Assembly (NCBI GenBank): GCA_028277405.1
Contig: JANQGH010000078.1
Coordinates: 31,557-95,556 of the forward strand
Source: Alphaproteobacteria bacterium
GTDB lineage: Bacteria; Pseudomonadota; Alphaproteobacteria; DSM-16000; Inquilinaceae
Direction: 5' to 3'
DNA: 64,000 bases
Made by a program: the position numbers and the translations under genes
Notes under the pieces: generated by a model
What the model saw: only the letters and a program-made list of their open reading frames with translations
What the model was told of the DNA's origin: nothing
The model's database searches: none
Part shown: positions 1-9,208 of the stretch, piece after piece
Position numbering within the stretch: position 1 is the stretch's first letter
How the letters are laid out: the number at the start of each line of letters is the position of its first letter

Positions 1-187
1 GGACGCCGCGTTCGGTCAGCGCGAAATCGGCTCGGCTCCGGTCGACAAGCGGCTTGCCGACAAGGCTCTCAAGGACGCGCACACGCGCTGAAACCGCAGG
101 CTGCGTCAGGTTGAGCCTGTCCGCGACCTGCTGATACGTCTCCAGCTGGCACAGCCAGTAGAAGGCCTCGACATGCTTGAGGTTCAT
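1..187 (-). CDS. LysR-family transcriptional regulator, N-terminal HTH part (gene runs off the left edge)
   Basis: Reverse-strand translation from the ATG at 187 gives MNLKHVEAFYWLCQLETYQQVADRLNLTQPAVSARVRVLESLVGKPLVDRS..., the classic LysR winged-HTH signature. It is divergent from the aldolase/TRAP operon. Confidence 0.8.
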   Translation of the reverse strand, partial: MNLKHVEAFYWLCQLETYQQVADRLNLTQPAVSARVRVLESLVGKPLVDRSRADFALTERGV

Positions 188-204
188 CGCTGACCAAACT
201 TTTC

Positions 205-233
205 TTTATGGCCGTCAATAAAACTTTGACTTT
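205..233. promoter_or_regulatory. Candidate LysR-type binding site in the divergent promoter region
   Basis: Inverted repeat TTTAT-N8-ATAAA at 205-222, of the T-N11-A style, followed by tandem ACTTTG ACTTTG at 222-233. It lies in the 81-bp gap between the LysR gene and the aldolase gene. Confidence 0.3.
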
Positions 234-268
234 GACCGGATGGCAAGAGACAGCGCAACCATAGGGCC

Positions 269-1069
269 ATGCAAGCGCATCTCTCGCGACACATCGATCC
301 TCCGGTCGGCCTGCGCAGCGCGCTCACAGAGCGGCGGCTCATAGGCTGTAGCTGGCTGTTTCTCGGCAGCCCGGCGGCAACGGAAATCCTGTCGCTTGCC
401 GGTTTCGATTGCTTGATCCTCGACCGCGAGCATTCGCCCGGGGGTTTGGATGTGCTCTACCATCAACTCAGAGCGTCCAAAGTGCCTGTGATTGTCCGCT
501 TGGCACGCGCTGACACGGCGGCCGCCAAGCTGGTGCTGGATGCCGGCGCGGCGGGTTTGGCTGTTTCGAATCTCGAAACGCCGCAAGACGCGTCGACACT
601 CGTACAGGCAACCCGCTACACGCCGGACGGCACGCGCGGCATTCAGCGCCTCAGCCGGGCGGCCGATTACGGGTTGAACTGGGACGGCTATCGACGCGGC
701 GTGGGCGCGGCACCGCTGACGATGGGCCTGATCGAGTCCCGGCGTGGCGTTGCGAACCTCGACGCCATCCTGGCCGTCGGTGGCCTGGATGTGGTGTTCA
801 TCGGTGCGGTCGATCTGGCGTCCGATATGGGCTTCGTTGACGACGTATCCCATCCGCAGGTTCTCGCCGCCATTGCCGAGATCGAGGCCATGGTCCTTGC
901 CAGCGGCAAGGTTCTCGGCGGCCTGGCGGACGATCGCGAGGATGCGGCCGCCAAACGGCAAAAAGGATATGGCTTCCTCAGCTTCGGTTCCGATGCCCGT
1001 TATCTGCGCGACGGCGCCCTTGCCGCCGCGAACCTCGCTCAAGACATCGCGCGGGAGACCGTGGAGTGA
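269..1069 (+). CDS. HpcH/HpaI-family 2-keto-3-deoxy-acid aldolase
   Basis: 266-aa ORF. The N-terminal region ...GCSWLFLGSPAATEILSLAGFDCLILDREHSPG... and the ...FIGAVDLASDMG... motif match HpcH/HpaI aldolases. Its stop overlaps the next start (GTGA). Confidence 0.85.
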   Translation: MQAHLSRHIDPPVGLRSALTERRLIGCSWLFLGSPAATEILSLAGFDCLILDREHSPGGLDVLYHQLRASKVPVIVRLARADTAAAKLVLDAGAAGLAVSNLETPQDASTLVQATRYTPDGTRGIQRLSRAADYGLNWDGYRRGVGAAPLTMGLIESRRGVANLDAILAVGGLDVVFIGAVDLASDMGFVDDVSHPQVLAAIAEIEAMVLASGKVLGGLADDREDAAAKRQKGYGFLSFGSDARYLRDGALAAANLAQDIARETVE

Positions 1070-1548
1070 GCGGCGGCGCAATGAAGTGGCGTGACCTCAT
1101 TCGCGAGCCGGACCTGACAGCGGCGAAGACAATTCTTTTGGGTTTCATCGTTATCTGCTCGCTGCAGGTATTTCTGCGCTTCATTCTGCCCATCCCTCTT
1201 TCCTGGACCGAAGAGCTGGCGTCGGCCTTCGTGATCTGGATGACGTTCCTCGGCATCATCGCGGTCGAGCGCAAAGGCACGCATATCCGGGTCGAACTGG
1301 TTGATGAGATGCTGCCGTCCAAGGCGGTGGCCGTTCTGTACGGCGTATTCGACGTGGCAATACTGGCATGCCTGGTGGCCATCATCTGGGGCGGCTGGGA
1401 AACGCTGCACGAAACCGCCTATCAGCGCACGCCGGCGCTAGGCATTCCTCTGAACGCGCTGATCGCCGTGGTTCCCTTGGCGTCGATACCGCTTGCCTAT
1501 TTCGTAGTCCGCAACGCGCTGCGGCGGTTCAAGGCGGCCTGGTCATGA
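1066..1548 (+). CDS. dctQ: TRAP transporter small permease (DctQ family)
   Basis: 160-aa hydrophobic ORF with about four predicted TM helices, placed directly before a DctM-type gene. An alternative ATG start lies at 1081. Confidence 0.85.
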   Translation: MSGGAMKWRDLIREPDLTAAKTILLGFIVICSLQVFLRFILPIPLSWTEELASAFVIWMTFLGIIAVERKGTHIRVELVDEMLPSKAVAVLYGVFDVAILACLVAIIWGGWETLHETAYQRTPALGIPLNALIAVVPLASIPLAYFVVRNALRRFKAAWS

Positions 1549-1561
1549 AAGCGGCGCCGGC

Positions 1562-2854
1562 ATGACCGTGGATCCGCTCACCGTCACCATGATCATTGCC
1601 TCCATCGGGCTGATCGTCATGGGCTTCCCGATCGGCTATGCGATGGTGCTGTGTTCGCTGGTCTACATCGTCACCCATGGTCTGCCGCTGTCGCTTCTGG
1701 TGCATGAGCTGGGGCTGACGCTGAACAGCTTCACCATGATCGCCATCCCCCTGTTCATGTTCGCCGGAAAGCTTATGACGGCGAGCGGCATCTCCGATCG
1801 CATCTTCGATTTCACCAACAACCTCGTCGGCCGGATACCGGGCGGGCTTGGCCATGTGAACGTGGCGTCCAGCCTGGTCTTTGCCGGCATGTCCGGCTCA
1901 ACGATCGCCGACGTCGCCGGGCTCGGCGAGATCGAATACAAGGCCATGACGAAGAAGGGCTACGACCCCGACTTCACCATGGGCGTCACCCTGTCTTCGG
2001 CCGCCATTGGCCCGATCCTGCCGCCATCGCTTCCCATGGTGCTGTACGGGGTGGCCGCCGGCACCTCTATTTCAGGCCTCTTCCTTGGCGGCGTCCTGCC
2101 GGGCCTTCTGATCGCCTTCAGCCTGATGGTCTACGTCTTCTTCGTCGGGCTCGCCCGCGGTTATCGCGTGGATATCTGGGCCGGTTGGCGGGCGCTTTGG
2201 ATCTCGTTCCTGCGCGCTTTGCCGCCGCTGTTGACCCCTTTCATTATCGTTGGCGGCATGGCCTTTGGCTGGTTCTCACCCACCGAAGCGGCCACCATTG
2301 CCGTCCTGTGGGCGATGTTCATCTCGGCCATCGTCTATCGCTCGCTGACCTTCAACGCCTTTGTCCAGGTGTTGCGCGAGGTCGCCCTGTCGTCCTCAAG
2401 ACTGTTGTTCGTCATCGCCTCGGCCTTTCTGTTCGGCTGGGTCGCCACCTTCGGCCAAGTGCCGCAAATGCTGGCCCACGCGATCGAAAGCAACATCGAG
2501 AGCCCGGTGGTGTTCCTGCTGGTGTGCATCGTTGTCAACCTGATCCTCGGCGCGGTGCTGGAAAACGCGATCCCGCTCCTGATCCTGGCACCCATGCTCG
2601 CCCCCATCGCCGAGAACACATACGGCCTCGATCCGATCCATTTCGGTGTCGTGATGGTGTTCAACATCATGATCGGCCAGTTCACACCGCCGATCGGCCT
2701 ATCGCTGTTCGTGATGCGCGACATCACCGGCTTCCGTTTGGGCCGGGTGTTCTTCGCGGTGCTGCCGTTCCTGTTTCCGCTGCTCATCTCACTGCTGATC
2801 ATGGCCTTCGTCCCGCAGATCGTTACGGCGATCCCGCGGGCGGCAGGCTTCTAA
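1562..2854 (+). CDS. dctM: TRAP transporter large permease (DctM family)
   Basis: 430-aa polytopic membrane ORF with typical DctM length and composition, in Q-M-P gene order. Confidence 0.9.
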   Translation: MTVDPLTVTMIIASIGLIVMGFPIGYAMVLCSLVYIVTHGLPLSLLVHELGLTLNSFTMIAIPLFMFAGKLMTASGISDRIFDFTNNLVGRIPGGLGHVNVASSLVFAGMSGSTIADVAGLGEIEYKAMTKKGYDPDFTMGVTLSSAAIGPILPPSLPMVLYGVAAGTSISGLFLGGVLPGLLIAFSLMVYVFFVGLARGYRVDIWAGWRALWISFLRALPPLLTPFIIVGGMAFGWFSPTEAATIAVLWAMFISAIVYRSLTFNAFVQVLREVALSSSRLLFVIASAFLFGWVATFGQVPQMLAHAIESNIESPVVFLLVCIVVNLILGAVLENAIPLLILAPMLAPIAENTYGLDPIHFGVVMVFNIMIGQFTPPIGLSLFVMRDITGFRLGRVFFAVLPFLFPLLISLLIMAFVPQIVTAIPRAAGF

Positions 2855-2882
2855 GAGCCCAATTCAAACAAGGAGGAAGACA

Positions 2883-3893
2883 ATGATCAACCGACGCGCC
2901 CTTCTCGTTGCCGCCACTGCCGCAACGCTCACCGCAACGGCGCTGCCCGTCTTTGCCGATGATGTGACGCTGCGCTTCGCCCACGTCGTGCGCGAAGGCG
3001 ACCCGGCCTATATCGCGGCGGAAGCCTTCGTGGAGAGGGTGGAAGAACTGTCGGGCGGTGAGATCTCCGTGGAGGTGTTTCCGGCCGGACAGCTCGGCGA
3101 CAACAGGCGGCTTTTCGCACAGATCCAGTCCGGCGCTGTCGATATGACCTACACGCCGTTCAACATGCTGTCGGACATCGTACCGGAATTTGCCACCATC
3201 ACCGGCGGCTACATGTTCGAAAGCCAGGAGCATCAAAGGCGCGTTCTTGACGACCCGGAGTTTGGCGGTGCCTGGGCCGAAGAGCTGCTTGAGCTTGGAG
3301 GCTTGCGCATCCTGTCGAGCTTCCACTATGGCACGCGCAATGTGACGACCGCCGACACGCCAGTCCGCAGCCCGGACGACCTGGCGGGTCTGAGGCTGCG
3401 CGCGGTGCCAAATGCCATGTCGCTTGCCACCGTCACCGGCCTTGGTGCGGCACCGACACCGGTGGCCTGGCCAGAGACCTTCCAGGCGCTGCGCCAGGGG
3501 ATCGTCGATGGGCAGGAAAACCCGATCCCCGTGCTTCACGCGGCCGGCTTCTATGAGGTCCAGGGATACCTCATCAAGACGGGGCATCAGATGTCTGCGC
3601 TGCCCTTCTTGATCAGCGAGGCATCCTGGCAAGACCTATCGCCCGAACATCAGGCAGCCATTCAGGAAGCAGCGACCTATGCCGCCGGCGTGGCCGAAGA
3701 AACCATGATCACCTTCACCGAAACGCTGGAAAGCGACCTGGTTGATCGCGGCATGACGATCATCGAGCTGACCGACGAAGAAATTGCGGTGTTTCGAGAC
3801 TCCGTGCGGGCCAACGTCGCGGCGGAGTTCGACGGCACGGTGCTGCCCGAGGGCTTGATCGGCCGCATCCACGCGCTGGCGGACGCGCAATGA
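2883..3893 (+). CDS. dctP: TRAP substrate-binding protein (DctP family)
   Basis: 336 aa with signal peptide MINRRALLVAATAATLTATALPVFA. DctP-like motifs are present (...VEVFPAGQLG..., ...FQALRQGIVDGQENP...). An AGGAGGA Shine-Dalgarno sequence lies upstream. Confidence 0.9.
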   Translation: MINRRALLVAATAATLTATALPVFADDVTLRFAHVVREGDPAYIAAEAFVERVEELSGGEISVEVFPAGQLGDNRRLFAQIQSGAVDMTYTPFNMLSDIVPEFATITGGYMFESQEHQRRVLDDPEFGGAWAEELLELGGLRILSSFHYGTRNVTTADTPVRSPDDLAGLRLRAVPNAMSLATVTGLGAAPTPVAWPETFQALRQGIVDGQENPIPVLHAAGFYEVQGYLIKTGHQMSALPFLISEASWQDLSPEHQAAIQEAATYAAGVAEETMITFTETLESDLVDRGMTIIELTDEEIAVFRDSVRANVAAEFDGTVLPEGLIGRIHALADAQ

Positions 3894-3915
3894 CACTGGA
3901 GGACACATCTGGTGA

Positions 3916-3936
3916 GCGGGGCGCCGGGCGCCCCGC
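3916..3936 (+). terminator. GC-rich stem-loop after dctP (no U-tract)
   Basis: GCGGGGCGC-cgg-GCGCCCCGC is a perfect 9-bp inverted repeat, 23 nt after the dctP stop and 23 nt before the next start. Confidence 0.4.
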
Positions 3937-3958
3937 CGACGCCTGACGGAGAGCACTC

Positions 3959-4813
3959 GTGCGCGTCAGTGTCATCCAAATGAACTCCGTCAACGACAAG
4001 ACGGCCAATCTGGCGCAAGCTCGTCGTTTGGCGGAGGCCGCCATCGCCGCCGACGCGCCTGACCTGATCTCCTTTCCGGAAAACATGAGTTGGTGTGGTG
4101 GCAGCCCGCAGGACCGGCTGGCGGCTGCCGAAGACATCGCGACCGGCCCGACCTATGCGCTGTGTCGCAATCTCGCTGTGACACATGGCGTTTGGGTCCA
4201 TTGCGGCACGATTCCCGAGCGCGCACCGCATGAGCCGCGCAACCGGAACACCACGCTGGTCCTCAACCGCGACGGATTGGAGGCTGGGCGCTATTCCAAA
4301 ATCCACATGTTCGACATGGAAACGCCGGACGGGCAGGTCTACCGCGAGTCGGCGGTCAACCAGCCGGGCACGGGAATAGCCACGGTTAAGTTGGAGGGCG
4401 GCTTAAAGGCCGGGCTGACGGTTTGCTACGACATACGGTTTGCGGAGCTTTACGTGGCGCTGGCCAAAGCCGGCGTCGATGTCTTGTTTGTACCTGCCGC
4501 CTTTACCATGCAGACCGGCCGCGACCATTGGGAAGTGTTGCTGCGCGCCCGCGCGATTGAGACGCAATGCTGGGTGATTGCGGCGGCACAGTCAGGTGAG
4601 TTTCCGGTGCCCGACGGACGTCGCCAGATGTACGGTCGATCGATGATTATCGATCCCTGGGGCACGGTTGTTGCTCAGGCCAGCGACGGACCCGGCTGGG
4701 CAACGGGGTCCGTTGATCGGGAGAGCTTGACCAACGTCCGGGCCCGCATGCCGACCTTGCAGCATAGGCGGCGTTGGGGCGAGAACGGGCTGGCGCAAGG
4801 CCCAGACGTGTAG
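3959..4813 (+). CDS. Carbon-nitrogen hydrolase family protein (Nit/amidase-like)
   Basis: 284 aa with a GTG start. The catalytic-triad context is visible: ...LISFPEN... (Glu), ...YSKIHMFD... (Lys), ...LTVCYDIRF... (Cys). Confidence 0.85.
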   Translation: MRVSVIQMNSVNDKTANLAQARRLAEAAIAADAPDLISFPENMSWCGGSPQDRLAAAEDIATGPTYALCRNLAVTHGVWVHCGTIPERAPHEPRNRNTTLVLNRDGLEAGRYSKIHMFDMETPDGQVYRESAVNQPGTGIATVKLEGGLKAGLTVCYDIRFAELYVALAKAGVDVLFVPAAFTMQTGRDHWEVLLRARAIETQCWVIAAAQSGEFPVPDGRRQMYGRSMIIDPWGTVVAQASDGPGWATGSVDRESLTNVRARMPTLQHRRRWGENGLAQGPDV

Positions 4814-4862
4814 CATGGGGATGCCGGTACCCTGACCCGCACCAGTCTTGGCCAGGCCAGTG

Positions 4863-4877
4863 TGGGGGCCCTGCCCC
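4863..4877 (+). terminator. Short GC hairpin downstream of the C-N hydrolase gene
   Basis: GGGGGC-cct-GCCCCC lies 50 nt after the stop. It has no U-tract, so this is a weak call. Confidence 0.25.
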
Positions 4878-5063
4878 CAGCAATACAGGGCCCGGATTAG
4901 CGCAGAATCGGCCACCCAAAGAGAAGGCGCAACAGACGCGCGCAAAGGCCGATACGTCTTGATATTCGGTGCCTGGCGCCGTGCTCTCAGCATCGACGGA
5001 TAGCAGCCTTTGGCTTGGATTCTTGTCGGATCAAGCGCAGCCGACAGTGCGGCGCGATGCGTT

Positions 5064-5088
5064 CATTCTGACGAATGTGCACGAATGT
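5064..5088. promoter_or_regulatory. Candidate operator: direct repeat ACGAATGT x2 plus overlapping CATTC/GAATG inverted repeat
   Basis: ACGAATGT occurs at 5071-5078 and 5081-5088, a 10-bp register. CATTC (5064-5068) pairs with GAATG (5073-5077). The site is about 70 bp upstream of the GH116 start, and an AraC-type regulator is encoded in the same operon. Confidence 0.3.
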
Positions 5089-5157
5089 CATATGCGCAGC
5101 TGAGCAATCAATGCCCAGCCTGCTTTGGTACTTTGAAAGAAAAGGAAGCAGGAATCT

Positions 5158-7809
5158 ATGGGCACGGCGCAGTATTTCCAACACGCGGCAGCGGATGCTC
5201 CCTACGCCGTTTTTCCACTGGGTGGGATTGGTGCCGGCAGTATCGGCATCGGCGCTGACGGGCGATTGCAGGAATGGGAGATCTTCAACCGGCCGGCCAA
5301 GGGCAGCGTCAACGGATTCTCGCATTTTGCGATCCGTGCCGAGCGCGATGGCGAGGTTCTGGATACGCGCGTCTTGAACGGACCCTTTGCCGGCAACCGA
5401 AGCGGCGAGATCGTCGGCAAGCCCTTCAACACGTTTGGGTTCGGCCCACGCCGGGAGTACATGACCGGCTTTCCGCATTTTGAACGATCAAGCCTGACCG
5501 GCCCCTATCCGGTTGCCAACCTGGCGTTCGAAGACCATCGCTTCCCGGGTTCGGTCGAAATGCAGGCGCTCAGCCCGTTCATTCCCCTGGATGCAAGAGC
5601 GTCCTCCCTACCGGTCGCGCAGTTCGAAGTCCGCCTGTCCAACACCGGCGCGACCGCGTTGGACTATACCTTCTTCGGCTGCGTCAGCTTCGATTTCGCA
5701 AACGCAAGGATCGAGGTCGATCAGGCCGACGGCCTGAGCATCGTGGGCAAGGCTGCGTGCGATCCGCAGTCCGTGGACTATGCGGAGATCGCGCTGGCAA
5801 CCGACCATCCCGATGTCAGCTATCAGCGCCACCTCTATCGCGGCACCTGGTTCGACATGATGGAGGTCTATTGGGCGGATATCAGCCGCGGCGGCCGGCT
5901 GACCGACCGGTTTTACGAGAAGGCCGCCAATCCGGCGATCTCACAATCCTGGCGGGCGGACGCCGAGCACAGCGTGATGGCCGCCCATGTCCGCGTTGGC
6001 GCGGGCGAAACCAAAACGCTGCGGCTCGCCATCGGCTGGTACGTCCCCAACGTCAAGAAGACCTGGGTGTCGCGCTTTGACGTCTTGAAGGAAAACCAGA
6101 ACGTCAGGCCGGTCTGGAAGAATTACTACGCCACGCAATGGGCCGGCGCCGCCGACGTGCTGGCCGAAACGTTCGAACGCTGGGATGATCTGGTGGCAAG
6201 AACGCTCGAATTCAGGGCGTGTCTGGCGGCGTCGACCCTGCCCTTGCCCGTGCTTGACGCGGTGTCGGCCAATCTTTCGGTCATCAAGTCCCCCACGGCG
6301 CTCCGGCTCGAGGATGGCGCCTTTTACGGTTGGGAAGGGTGCCATCCGGAGGCCGGCTGCTGTGAGGGTTCCTGCACGCATGTCTGGAACTATCAGCAGG
6401 TTCTGCCGTTCCTCTTTCCGGAGTTGGAACGTTCGCTGCGGGAATCGGAATTCTTCGAGAACCAGGTTCCGGAGACCGGGGGGCTGGGCTTCCGCCTCGC
6501 CCTTCCGAAAGGGATTGGCGTCAGTGCCGAGCGGCCTTGCGCCGACGGCCATTTCGGCGCCGTCATCAAGACCTATCGCGACTGGAAACTGAGCGGCGAC
6601 ATCGATTGGCTGCGGCGCCTGTGGCCCCATGTCGCGGCGGCGGTTGAATTTGCCTGGCATGCCGGCAACTACGACAAATGGGATCCGTCGCAAAGCGGGG
6701 TCTTGACCGGGCGCCAGCACCATACGCTCGACATGGAACTGTTCGGACCGAACGCCTGGCTGAACGGCTTTTACCTGGGCGCGCTGCTTGCCGGCGCGGA
6801 AATGGCCGACGCCCTGGGCGATTCCGACCGCGCCGACCTGTACCGCGAGATCTTCGAGCGCGGAAAGGCATGGACCGCCGAGAACCTGTTCAACGGCAGC
6901 TATTTCATCCAGAAGATCGACGTCACCGACAAGTCCGTGCTCGACGAGTTCAACTTCGCCGAAGGCATGACCAGCTATGTCGGCGGGTCGACCTACGACC
7001 AGTACTGGAGCGACGAGCACGGCGAGATCAAATACCAGATCGCCGATGGCTGCGAGATCGACCAGGTGCTGGCGCAGTGGCACGCCAACTTGTACGGGCT
7101 CGGCGAGATTTTCGATGCCGGGCAGTTTGCCTCGGCCGTCAGGTCCATCTACGCCCACAATTTCGCCGCGCGCTTGGGCGACGAGGCCAACCCTTGCCGC
7201 GTCTTCGGCATGGCGGAAGAAAGCGGCACGCTGATGTGCGCCTGGCCGGCACGGGCCGCGCGGCCCGCCATCCCGGTTCCCTACTCCCAGGAAACGATGC
7301 ACGGCTTCGAATACGCATTCGGCAGCCAACTAATGATGATCGGCGAGATCGAGAAGGGCATCGAGGTCTTCGCCGCGGTACGCGACCGGTATCGGGGGCA
7401 CAATCGCAACCCATGGAACGAGATCGAATGCGGGTCGAACTACGCACGATCGATGTCGAGCTATGCGGCACTGCTGGTGCTCTCGGGCTTTGGTTTCGAG
7501 GCCGTCAGGGGCGAGATGTCCTTCGACCCCATGGTGCAGTCGCAGGGGGTGTTCGAAGGGTTCTGGTGCAATGCCAACGCCTGGGGAACGATCCGCATCG
7601 GGCATGGCAGCGCAAGGCTGGAGGTGCGCGGCGGGACGCTTCGCCTGTCGGCCCTGTCCCTCTGCGGCTTGACCTACGGGGCGGCCGAACTGGCCGACCA
7701 GGACGACGCTGAAGCCGGCGCACGCCATGTCGTCTTTCCGGCGGGCGCAACGCTGTCGTTTGCCGACGAGAAGCTCGATCTCACGGGACGACAACCGATT
7801 GACATGTAA
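5158..7809 (+). CDS. Glycoside hydrolase family 116 (GBA2-type beta-glucosidase/beta-xylosidase-like)
   Basis: 883 aa. The N-terminal motif ...FPLGGIGAGSIGIGADGRLQEWEIFNRP... and the overall size fit GH116. There is no signal peptide, so it is probably cytoplasmic. Confidence 0.8.
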   Translation: MGTAQYFQHAAADAPYAVFPLGGIGAGSIGIGADGRLQEWEIFNRPAKGSVNGFSHFAIRAERDGEVLDTRVLNGPFAGNRSGEIVGKPFNTFGFGPRREYMTGFPHFERSSLTGPYPVANLAFEDHRFPGSVEMQALSPFIPLDARASSLPVAQFEVRLSNTGATALDYTFFGCVSFDFANARIEVDQADGLSIVGKAACDPQSVDYAEIALATDHPDVSYQRHLYRGTWFDMMEVYWADISRGGRLTDRFYEKAANPAISQSWRADAEHSVMAAHVRVGAGETKTLRLAIGWYVPNVKKTWVSRFDVLKENQNVRPVWKNYYATQWAGAADVLAETFERWDDLVARTLEFRACLAASTLPLPVLDAVSANLSVIKSPTALRLEDGAFYGWEGCHPEAGCCEGSCTHVWNYQQVLPFLFPELERSLRESEFFENQVPETGGLGFRLALPKGIGVSAERPCADGHFGAVIKTYRDWKLSGDIDWLRRLWPHVAAAVEFAWHAGNYDKWDPSQSGVLTGRQHHTLDMELFGPNAWLNGFYLGALLAGAEMADALGDSDRADLYREIFERGKAWTAENLFNGSYFIQKIDVTDKSVLDEFNFAEGMTSYVGGSTYDQYWSDEHGEIKYQIADGCEIDQVLAQWHANLYGLGEIFDAGQFASAVRSIYAHNFAARLGDEANPCRVFGMAEESGTLMCAWPARAARPAIPVPYSQETMHGFEYAFGSQLMMIGEIEKGIEVFAAVRDRYRGHNRNPWNEIECGSNYARSMSSYAALLVLSGFGFEAVRGEMSFDPMVQSQGVFEGFWCNANAWGTIRIGHGSARLEVRGGTLRLSALSLCGLTYGAAELADQDDAEAGARHVVFPAGATLSFADEKLDLTGRQPIDM

Positions 7810-7836
7810 TCAACCAACGAAAAGGGAGGAGGCGAA

Positions 7837-9138
7837 ATGATCAAGAACACCATGCCCTTTACTGCGGCCCTTACTGCGGTCTTTGCCGCGGTCACATCGA
7901 TTTCCGCCGGCGCCGCGCTAGCCCAGCCGGCCAGCGATACCGAGGCGACACTTACCGTTGTTCAATGGGCAAACGACCAGATTATCTCCAGCACGAACAA
8001 CGCCATTGAGCGGTTCGCCGAACGCTATCCGAACGTCACCATCGAGACCCAGTATGTCCCGATCGGCGGAGGCTCCTGGGGCGACTACAGCAATGCCTTT
8101 TTGAACTCGGTCGCGGCGGGGGACGCACCCGACATCATCGCGTCGGCCATCGAGGGGTTCGCCGAGATCGCCTCGACCGGGCTGCTGGTCGATCTGGAGA
8201 CCGTGTTCGCCGCCGATCCCCACGCCGAGGAGGTGATGGCCGGAATCGACCCCAACCTGATGGACGGAATGCGCACCCGGCCGACGGGGGAGCTGAACTT
8301 CTTCCCCACCGAATGGAACAACATCGTCATGTTCTACAACCAGGACATGTTCGACGCGGCCGGTCTTGACTATCCGGCGGCGGACTGGACGTGGGACGAT
8401 TTCCTCGCGGCGGCCGGGGCGCTTACGCTTCGAGACGATAACGGCAACATAACCCAGTATGGCTATATCGTTCCCGGTTTCAATTTCGGCCTCCAGCCCT
8501 GGTTCCTCACCAACAACGCGTCGATCTTGGACGAGGATTGGCGGGAACCAACCGTGACCACGCCGGAATACCGCGAGAGCCTGCAGTTCCTGCACGACCT
8601 GGTTCACGTGCATGAGGTCGCGCCGACCTATGAGGGGGGCGTCGGCAGCGAGCGGTTCGCCGCGGGCCAGGTTGCCATGTTCTCCGCCGGCCATTGGCCC
8701 GTGCCGCAGTTCATCGCATCGGGGTTGGAAAATGTCGGCGTGCAGCACATGCCGCAAAACAGGGTCCAGACCACGGTCTTCGGCATCGGCGGATTGGCGA
8801 TCGTGAATCAGTCAGCCCATCAGGATCTCGCTTGGGAGTTCATCAAGGAGATGACGGGCGACATCTATCAGCAGGAACTGGCGGACTCGATGCGGTCCAT
8901 TCCATCCGCACGCCGGCAAGCCACGCACCCCTCCTACACGGCCTGGCCGGAGAATTCGGAAATCTTCTACGAAACGGCCGCCACCGCCATCCCCGTGCCG
9001 TCGCCGCCCAACTTCGCGCAAATGCAAGAGATCTTCGAGCGGCACATGAGCGCGTACATGGCCAACGATCAGGATCTGGACACGACGATTTCCCAATTGG
9101 ATCGCGAACTTCAGCGCGCTATGTCCCGCGCGTACTGA
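7837..9138 (+). CDS. ABC sugar transporter substrate-binding protein (family 1)
   Basis: 433 aa with signal peptide ...AVFAAVTSISAGAALAQ and a GGGAGGAGG Shine-Dalgarno sequence. It is followed by two MalF/MalG-type permease genes. Confidence 0.9.
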   Translation: MIKNTMPFTAALTAVFAAVTSISAGAALAQPASDTEATLTVVQWANDQIISSTNNAIERFAERYPNVTIETQYVPIGGGSWGDYSNAFLNSVAAGDAPDIIASAIEGFAEIASTGLLVDLETVFAADPHAEEVMAGIDPNLMDGMRTRPTGELNFFPTEWNNIVMFYNQDMFDAAGLDYPAADWTWDDFLAAAGALTLRDDNGNITQYGYIVPGFNFGLQPWFLTNNASILDEDWREPTVTTPEYRESLQFLHDLVHVHEVAPTYEGGVGSERFAAGQVAMFSAGHWPVPQFIASGLENVGVQHMPQNRVQTTVFGIGGLAIVNQSAHQDLAWEFIKEMTGDIYQQELADSMRSIPSARRQATHPSYTAWPENSEIFYETAATAIPVPSPPNFAQMQEIFERHMSAYMANDQDLDTTISQLDRELQRAMSRAY

Positions 9139-9151
9139 GCGGTGACCGGGT

Positions 9152-9177
9152 CCCGGCGAACACAGCGGTTCGCCGGG
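9152..9177 (+). terminator. Intercistronic stem-loop after the SBP gene
   Basis: CCCGGCGAAC-acagcg-GTTCGCCGGG is a perfect 10-bp stem, 14 nt after the SBP stop and before the permease gene. It has no U-tract. Confidence 0.5.
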
Positions 9178-9208
9178 GCGTCGGCCGCGCGTCCAGGGTA
9201 GGCAATCC

